Assembly (NCBI GenBank): GCA_963665165.1
Contig: OY761989.1
Location: 350,417-414,416 of the forward strand
Direction: 5' to 3'
DNA: 64,000 bases
Origin: Arenicellales bacterium
GTDB lineage: Bacteria; Pseudomonadota; Gammaproteobacteria; Arenicellales; Poriferihabitantaceae
Shown: one piece after another, positions 59,031 through 64,000 of the stretch
How the letters are laid out: each line of letters begins with the position of its first letter
Numbering within the stretch: the stretch's first letter is position 1
Program-made: the position numbers and the translations under genes
The notes under the pieces: model-generated
What the model was told of the DNA's origin: nothing
The model's database searches: none
Seen by the model: only the letters and a program-made list of their open reading frames with translations

Positions 59031-59246
59031 TCAGAGCGTTATACATTGATCATGATCCAGTATTGCTTGCAATATTGAATCCCAATCGGCTGGTTTTGCA
59101 GTTTCAGGGTTTGCGGCGACTTCGGTGACGAGCAGGTTCTCGCCGAGTTCCCGCAAGGCGGCGGGCATGTCATTCCGGTCATGAAGTCCTGTTTCAAGAA
59201 CCAGGATCGTGGATTTTCCGTCAGTGCACATGCCAGATTCATACAT
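59031..59246 (-). CDS. Small DsrH/TusB-like protein
   Basis: C-terminus DWDSILQAILDHDQCITL resembles DsrH/TusB; third of a DsrE/F/H-like triad; start 59246 or 59231. Confidence 0.45.
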   Translation of the reverse strand: MYESGMCTDGKSTILVLETGLHDRNDMPAALRELGENLLVTEVAANPETAKPADWDSILQAILDHDQCITL

Positions 59247-59520
59247 TGATGACCGCGTCCGATTTTTCAAGCAGGCCGGCAAACAAATGCGCGGGCAAAT
59301 CCTGAATTTCGGGATCATCGAATAAAGAGAACGGCGCAACCTCCGCCAGTTCGATCAGTTCGGCGCCCTCCATTGTCTCCGGTGACAACTCCAGCAGGCC
59401 ATGGGCGAACACCAGTGAGACATGATGGCCGAACACGGTAATGCCGGCGGCTACGCGCATCGCTTCGACCGGGTCCCGGCGCGCGATGACGACCACGGTT
59501 TTTTCCGCGTCGCGGCTCAT
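59239..59520 (-). CDS. Small DsrF/TusC-like protein
   Basis: EAMRVAAG...VSLVF and terminal D-x-V-I pattern; ATGA overlap with the upstream gene. Confidence 0.5.
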   Translation of the reverse strand: MSRDAEKTVVVIARRDPVEAMRVAAGITVFGHHVSLVFAHGLLELSPETMEGAELIELAEVAPFSLFDDPEIQDLPAHLFAGLLEKSDAVINV

Positions 59521-59813
59521 AGCGACACCACTTTTCCAGCCAGTCCCAGCATTCTGCTGTGGTCTGTCTGGCTGCCCTGTGTGACCGGGCAGACCTGCCC
59601 GGTCATTTTCTGCTGCCAGGAATATTCACAGGCGACGGCTTCTACTGCGTGATTCAATATGCACTCCAGACATTCCTGGTCCCGCTGCAACGTAATCACG
59701 CCATCCCCGGTAAAGAACAGCATGAAATCAACCTGTTGCCGGATGCAGGCCGCTCCAAGACCGGCAAGGTAGGCGCCGGATTGCGGATGGGCCACGATAA
59801 AAAGCAGACTCAT
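59517..59813 (-). CDS. DsrE/TusD-like sulfur relay protein
   Basis: FFTGDGV, VACEYS (Cys at the DsrE active position), GSQ; ATG 59813 overlaps the upstream stop. Confidence 0.65.
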   Translation of the reverse strand: MSLLFIVAHPQSGAYLAGLGAACIRQQVDFMLFFTGDGVITLQRDQECLECILNHAVEAVACEYSWQQKMTGQVCPVTQGSQTDHSRMLGLAGKVVSL

Positions 59814-60658
59814 ACCCGGGTCCGGGAGTAAAATTTCGACCATAGCCGGAAACCGCTCCATGCAATGAGCAGCGCGAATGCGAAAAGCAGGATCCGGATG
59901 AAGTAATCGCGCCATCCCGAAATGGCGTGATAGCCCATGTCTTCAAGCGACCTTCCCTGCAAGCCATCAATATGAACCCGAAGCCCGTCCGGGGAAGTCA
60001 GGAGCAGGTTATGCACAAATGTATCCAGCGCCTGCCGGGGAGTGTCGGCAACCACCATGCGCCGGGCCGTATCCGACCCGCCGCCCTCGATCTGAAAGAC
60101 CTGACCTGAACCAGCCCCGGCCGGGCTTTTGGACATGGACAGGCCGGAACCCTGCCCGAAAAAGGAACGTAATTCGCTGTCAAGGGCAATGAACCGGTCG
60201 CGCACCGGATTTGCGAAGTAATTGAGCCGCAACAATCCCTGTGTGACGCTGCGTCCGCTTCCGGTCAGTTTGCCGATGTCGCTGGCCTCTCCTTTCCATA
60301 ATTTCACCGAAGCCGCCCCAATCAGAAAAAGCGCTCCGGCGACAAACCGCAGATCCTCTTCGTCATCACCGAACACGACGGCGACGCTGTCTTCCTCCAG
60401 GCCATAAGTCCCAACCAGCCAGTTGATATCCCGAAAGCCCGCCAGTTGCCCATCCGGATAAAGGAAGTGATCAGCAGGCAGGCACCATGTCCCGGCGAAT
60501 CCGCTCGACAAGCAGCTTTCCATCGGACCGGTGTCGATAAAAACCAGCTTCGAACCAGACGCCTCAAGGGCCTTGATTTCAGACAGTTCCGGTATTTCGG
60601 CCAGACCATCCGGATGGTTGCCGTAAACCACCCCCGAGATCAGGACCAAGCCGATCAT
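59810..60658 (-). CDS. Membrane-anchored rhodanese-like protein
   Basis: N-terminal hydrophobic leader, rhodanese-like fold pattern (FID.., VVFG, LFLIG...V), C-terminal TM; start uncertain. Confidence 0.5.
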   Translation of the reverse strand: MIGLVLISGVVYGNHPDGLAEIPELSEIKALEASGSKLVFIDTGPMESCLSSGFAGTWCLPADHFLYPDGQLAGFRDINWLVGTYGLEEDSVAVVFGDDEEDLRFVAGALFLIGAASVKLWKGEASDIGKLTGSGRSVTQGLLRLNYFANPVRDRFIALDSELRSFFGQGSGLSMSKSPAGAGSGQVFQIEGGGSDTARRMVVADTPRQALDTFVHNLLLTSPDGLRVHIDGLQGRSLEDMGYHAISGWRDYFIRILLFAFALLIAWSGFRLWSKFYSRTRV

Positions 60659-60671
60659 GCTGGACGCTGCA

Positions 60672-60944
60672 CTAGCAACCGCCGAAATGTTTTTTCCTGG
60701 GCGCATTGTCCAAAGTCGCGGGATTCGGCGGATTGTCGATGTAATAACCGATCAGGTCGAACACGGACAGCTGACCGTAGTCTTCTCCAAGATCGATCAG
60801 GTCGAAATCCTCCATCGGCAAGGGTTGCTGCACGGACATCACCTGTTCGCGGGTCATCGCGCTGTACGGGAACAACACCGCGCTCAGGGCGACCGCCGCC
60901 AGCAGGCAGAGCGTGCAGAAGGAAATCATTTGGATGGGCGTCAT
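60672..60944 (-). CDS. Small membrane-anchored protein with C-terminal GGC
   Basis: 90 aa; N-terminal TM, acidic core, Pro-rich linker, ends KKHFGGC-TAG. Confidence 0.7.
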   Translation of the reverse strand: MTPIQMISFCTLCLLAAVALSAVLFPYSAMTREQVMSVQQPLPMEDFDLIDLGEDYGQLSVFDLIGYYIDNPPNPATLDNAPRKKHFGGC

Positions 60945-60956
60945 GGTCCGAATCCA

Positions 60957-61043
60957 TCAGGGGTCATCACGGAGGAAGCCGATGTACATGGCATACATCG
61001 CAACGACGAATGTAATCAACTGGAGTGTGGTTTCAATATCCAA
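60957..61043 (-). CDS. Unannotated 28-aa single-TM small protein
   Basis: TTG start, GGAG 9 nt upstream; MDIETTLQLITFVVAMYAMYIGFLRDDP; fills the operon gap (4 nt and 12 nt spacers). Confidence 0.55.
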   Translation of the reverse strand: MDIETTLQLITFVVAMYAMYIGFLRDDP

Positions 61044-61047
61044 AGGC

Positions 61048-61257
61048 TCAATCTCCGGATTTGTAATGTCTGATCAACTCATCCAGCTCAATCGTTTCGC
61101 CGGTTTCGGGATTGATCAGGGGAGGGGTGAAAAAAGGAGTGCCCTCACTGGTTTTATTGAGGTAGTCCGGTGAAACGACCAGGATGTAAACCAGGCAAAA
61201 AACAGACAGGACTGCGGTCAGGGCAGTAAACAGGGAAAGCTGGAATGCTCGGGTCAC
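61048..61257 (-). CDS. Small membrane hypothetical protein
   Basis: 69 aa; N-terminal TM then PFFTPPLINPETGE; co-oriented within the cluster. Confidence 0.65.
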   Translation of the reverse strand: MTRAFQLSLFTALTAVLSVFCLVYILVVSPDYLNKTSEGTPFFTPPLINPETGETIELDELIRHYKSGD

Positions 61258-61271
61258 AGCGTTCTGTCCAT

Positions 61272-61577
61272 TCAGGTTTTCCTGGCCAGCACCTGCCAGT
61301 ACTTTTTCTGGCGCAATGTCGCCAGGTGGGTTCCTCCATTTTCAGTAATCACCGCCGGCAGGGCTTCCATCGATGTCGGGTTGTCAACATGAATATCGAG
61401 AACAAAGCCGCTTGAGGCCTTGTTCAAGGCGCTTTTTGTCATCAACTGTGGCCTCGGGCAGGAATCGCCAATGCAATCGACCACGTTATTTACTGCAATC
61501 GCCTGTCCATCATCCAGAATAACCTCGGTAGCGTTGCCGGATTCAGGCTCCTGTTTTCTTCTGGTGAATAATCCCAT
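61272..61577 (-). CDS. TusA/YeeD-family sulfurtransferase
   Basis: VDCIGDSCPRP (CPxP) and DNP motifs. Confidence 0.88.
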   Translation of the reverse strand: MGLFTRRKQEPESGNATEVILDDGQAIAVNNVVDCIGDSCPRPQLMTKSALNKASSGFVLDIHVDNPTSMEALPAVITENGGTHLATLRQKKYWQVLARKT

Positions 61578-61596
61578 GCCGTATCTTTAATATCAG

Positions 61597-62193
61597 TTAA
61601 ATGGTCCGTTTTTGTGTTGTCGGCTTCTCTTTCCGTAGAATGGCCCGGTAAATTGCCAACAATACCACGAATTGCAGCAAACCGAAAAAAATTGCCGGAA
61701 TGCCTGTTTTTTCCTGAAGCGTGCCCGCGTTGGCGTACCCGAATTGTAGTCCCTGCAGAGCCGGTTCACCACTCATGGTCGCCGGCGCCGGCGGCCAGTA
61801 GGTAAAGGACCATACCAGTGAAAACAAAAACATCCCGATAAAGGTAAAGACCAGGGCCCAAAGCGCGCCGATATTGCCTTCACCGGTCTTCACCCAGGTG
61901 GAAACGGTGCAGGCGCCGGCAAGCACCATGCCGATCCCGAACAGGAACAGTCCGACGATCTGGTTCAGGCCGACATCGAACCGCATCGGGTTGCCTTCGC
62001 CAATGGTTATGAAGCCGGTAAAGCCAATGGTAAGAATCATCATGGCGACCAGTAACGCCTTGGTATTACGAAAGGTTTTGAACAACATGGCATCACGCAG
62101 CGCAGCGGTATTGCAGAACCGGGAGCGTTGCACCAGCAGGCCAACCACCGAGCCGAACACAAAAGCCAGCAGACATTCCGCGACGACTCCCAT
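61597..62193 (-). CDS. YeeE/YedE sulfur-compound transporter, N-terminal-type half
   Basis: QRSRFCN and FGIGMVLAGAC motifs; multiple TMs. Confidence 0.85.
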   Translation of the reverse strand: MGVVAECLLAFVFGSVVGLLVQRSRFCNTAALRDAMLFKTFRNTKALLVAMMILTIGFTGFITIGEGNPMRFDVGLNQIVGLFLFGIGMVLAGACTVSTWVKTGEGNIGALWALVFTFIGMFLFSLVWSFTYWPPAPATMSGEPALQGLQFGYANAGTLQEKTGIPAIFFGLLQFVVLLAIYRAILRKEKPTTQKRTI

Positions 62194-62194
62194 T

Positions 62195-62686
62195 TTACAT
62201 GCCCAGTACGCGCTTGTAGATCAGGGAACCCGCCCACGCGCCAGCGATAATGCCGCTGATTGCGAGATACCCGCCCATGTTCATTTCAGGCGTCAGCCCG
62301 AAGAAGGTGCTGACATTGCAGACAAAGGCGAGCCTTATGCCAATTCCCATCAGCAGCCCGCCAACCGTGATCATGATCCATTCCGACAGTCTTCTCGGAT
62401 AACGAATAAAGAATTCACCGCTGAGCGCGGCGCCGACAATGGCGCCGAACAGCATGCCCAGGCTGATGTAAATTTTCCAGTAACCGGCATCCGGTTGAAA
62501 CACCAGTTGCCAGAACGGGATTCGACCGATCGCATCGCCGATAAAAAATTCGGCGATCAGCCCGGTCATCATGGTTTCACCCCCACCCACAGTCCAGGCG
62601 CCAATCTGCAAAAAGAGGAAAACATCCAGGATCGCTATCGCAGCGAGGGCGATTACCGGGTCAAGTGTTTTTCGGAAAATTTCCAT
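62195..62686 (-). CDS. YeeE/YedE sulfur-compound transporter, C-terminal-type half
   Basis: GAIVGAALSGEF and GGLLMGIGIRLAFVCNV motifs. Confidence 0.82.
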   Translation of the reverse strand: MEIFRKTLDPVIALAAIAILDVFLFLQIGAWTVGGGETMMTGLIAEFFIGDAIGRIPFWQLVFQPDAGYWKIYISLGMLFGAIVGAALSGEFFIRYPRRLSEWIMITVGGLLMGIGIRLAFVCNVSTFFGLTPEMNMGGYLAISGIIAGAWAGSLIYKRVLGM

Positions 62687-62780
62687 GTCGGCGTTTCGTT
62701 ACGGTCAGGAACAGGTACATATACAATAAATGCGACCTGAAATACATCGGCATTTACGGTATTTCGTCGCCAGGTCTGCA

Positions 62781-64000
62781 TCATGTGAATCGGGACGGGG
62801 AGAATGGTTGTATGTTTATGCAGGGTGGTTCGCCCGCGATCCGTTCTGCGATCACCCTGCCCGTTATGCCGGCCAGGGTGAGGCCAAGATGATGATGGCC
62901 GAAGGCATACCAGGCGCCGGGCGAGTCAGACGCAGGGCCGATCACGGGAAGCGAGTCCGGCATGGTTGGCCGAAAACCAAGCCAATCGGAGGTCGGGCTT
63001 TGGGGCAAATCCAGTATTTGCCGGGATTTACGAATCATGTAGTCCAGAACCTTCCGGTTCTTTCCCTGCGTTAATCCGGCGATCTCCACTGTACCGGCAC
63101 AGCGCAACCCTTCGTCCATCGGGACTACGTAAAATCCGCTCTCGACCCAGGTCACAGGGCGGCTGATCATGTCCTGCAAGCCGGCGTACTGGATGTGGTA
63201 GCCTCTTTCCGTATCCAGAGGGAGGTTTTCCGAGCCGCAGCCCTTGATCTGCCTGGAAAATGCGCCGCAACTGATCACGACCTGATCCGCCGTCAGGGGA
63301 TTCCTGCTGTGAAGATGGACCTGGATGCCGTCCGGTGTATGGGTGATACCCCGGGCATGGTCGGAAACGAAATTTCCCCCCGCCTCCATGAAGCACTGGA
63401 AAAACCGGGTTACCAGGGTTTTCGGGTTGCGGGTCTGTCGTGTGTGCCTGAGCATTACGCCTTTTTCGAATTTGCGGTTCAGGTTGGGTTCGAGATCAAC
63501 GATTTCATCCCGGTTGATTTCAAAATACGGAACTCCGAGGTCTGTCCAAACCTTGCGGCGGGGCCGGTCTTTTTCAAACTCGTGGGCGTTTTGATAAAGC
63601 TGCATGCAGCCGTTGGCGGTGATCAGGTCGCCGGTTCCGGTCAGTGAAATCAGCGGATCCAGTCCGGCATGGGTCTCCTTCAGAATCATATCCAGCGCCT
63701 GGATGGTTTTTTCAACTTCGCGCGGTTGACAGCGCCTCAGGAATGACAGCATCCACGGGAGATGGGTAAGGGCGTACCAGGGATCAATTTTTAACGGGCT
63801 GTCCCTGCGAAACATCAATGAGGGCAGCCGCCGGAACAGGCTGGGGTCATTAACCGGGACGCAGCCATAATCAGCGAAAGTACAGGCATTGCCCGAAGAG
63901 GTGATCGACCCCGGTTCATTGCCGTCGGCCAGTGTGACGTCGAATCCTTTTTTCTGAAGCCACAGCGCGCAGCTCACCCCGACGACTCCTGCGCCGATAA
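62781..64000 (-). CDS. FAD-dependent D-amino acid dehydrogenase-like oxidoreductase (5' end beyond the window)
   Basis: IGAGVVG at the window edge, SSGNA, ERGYH, WLGFRPTMPDSLPVIG, FGHHHLGLT. Confidence 0.88.
   Translation of the reverse strand, partial: IGAGVVGVSCALWLQKKGFDVTLADGNEPGSITSSGNACTFADYGCVPVNDPSLFRRLPSLMFRRDSPLKIDPWYALTHLPWMLSFLRRCQPREVEKTIQALDMILKETHAGLDPLISLTGTGDLITANGCMQLYQNAHEFEKDRPRRKVWTDLGVPYFEINRDEIVDLEPNLNRKFEKGVMLRHTRQTRNPKTLVTRFFQCFMEAGGNFVSDHARGITHTPDGIQVHLHSRNPLTADQVVISCGAFSRQIKGCGSENLPLDTERGYHIQYAGLQDMISRPVTWVESGFYVVPMDEGLRCAGTVEIAGLTQGKNRKVLDYMIRKSRQILDLPQSPTSDWLGFRPTMPDSLPVIGPASDSPGAWYAFGHHHLGLTLAGITGRVIAERIAGEPPCINIQPFSPSRFT

Noticed and set aside
60660..60690. Possible selenocysteine extension after the terminal GGC
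   Set aside because: The stop is TAG, not TGA; no in-frame TGA was seen at catalytic Cys positions in the cluster
62719..62730. 12-mer ATATACAATAAA also present in reverse near 45752-45763
   Set aside because: An AT-rich 12-mer match is expected by chance, and its orientation relative to the genes is inconsistent

Overview
Chromosomal origin region of a moderately GC-rich gammaproteobacterium. This is inferred from fabA-fabB, valS-holC-pepA/lptFG, the atp operon, rsmG-parA-parB and dnaA-dnaN-gyrB; a marine lifestyle is suggested by choline sulfatase, GcvT-like and sulfur-relay genes. oriC signals (DnaA boxes, an IHF site, an AT-rich unwinding tract) flank dnaA. Two parS palindromes sit where recF normally lies. 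No rRNA, tRNA, CRISPR or mobile element was recognised. Two accessory loci stand out. (1) A LysW amino-group-carrier operon (lysW-lysX-lysY-Ntn hydrolase-lysZ-lysJ, 36.8-41.5 kb). Its lysW is missed by the ORF track and ends in EDWGQ rather than the canonical EDWGE. The operon has no lysK but carries an EgtC/class II glutamine-amidotransferase-like N-terminal-Cys hydrolase, which could both deamidate the carrier and release the product. (2) An 11-gene sulfur-trafficking cluster (57.4-62.7 kb): split YeeE, TusA, three small membrane proteins (one unannotated, one ending in a SoxY-like GGC), two rhodanese-type proteins, divergent DsrE/F/H-like proteins and a c-type cytochrome. All functional calls come from motif recognition by eye; no database searches were run.
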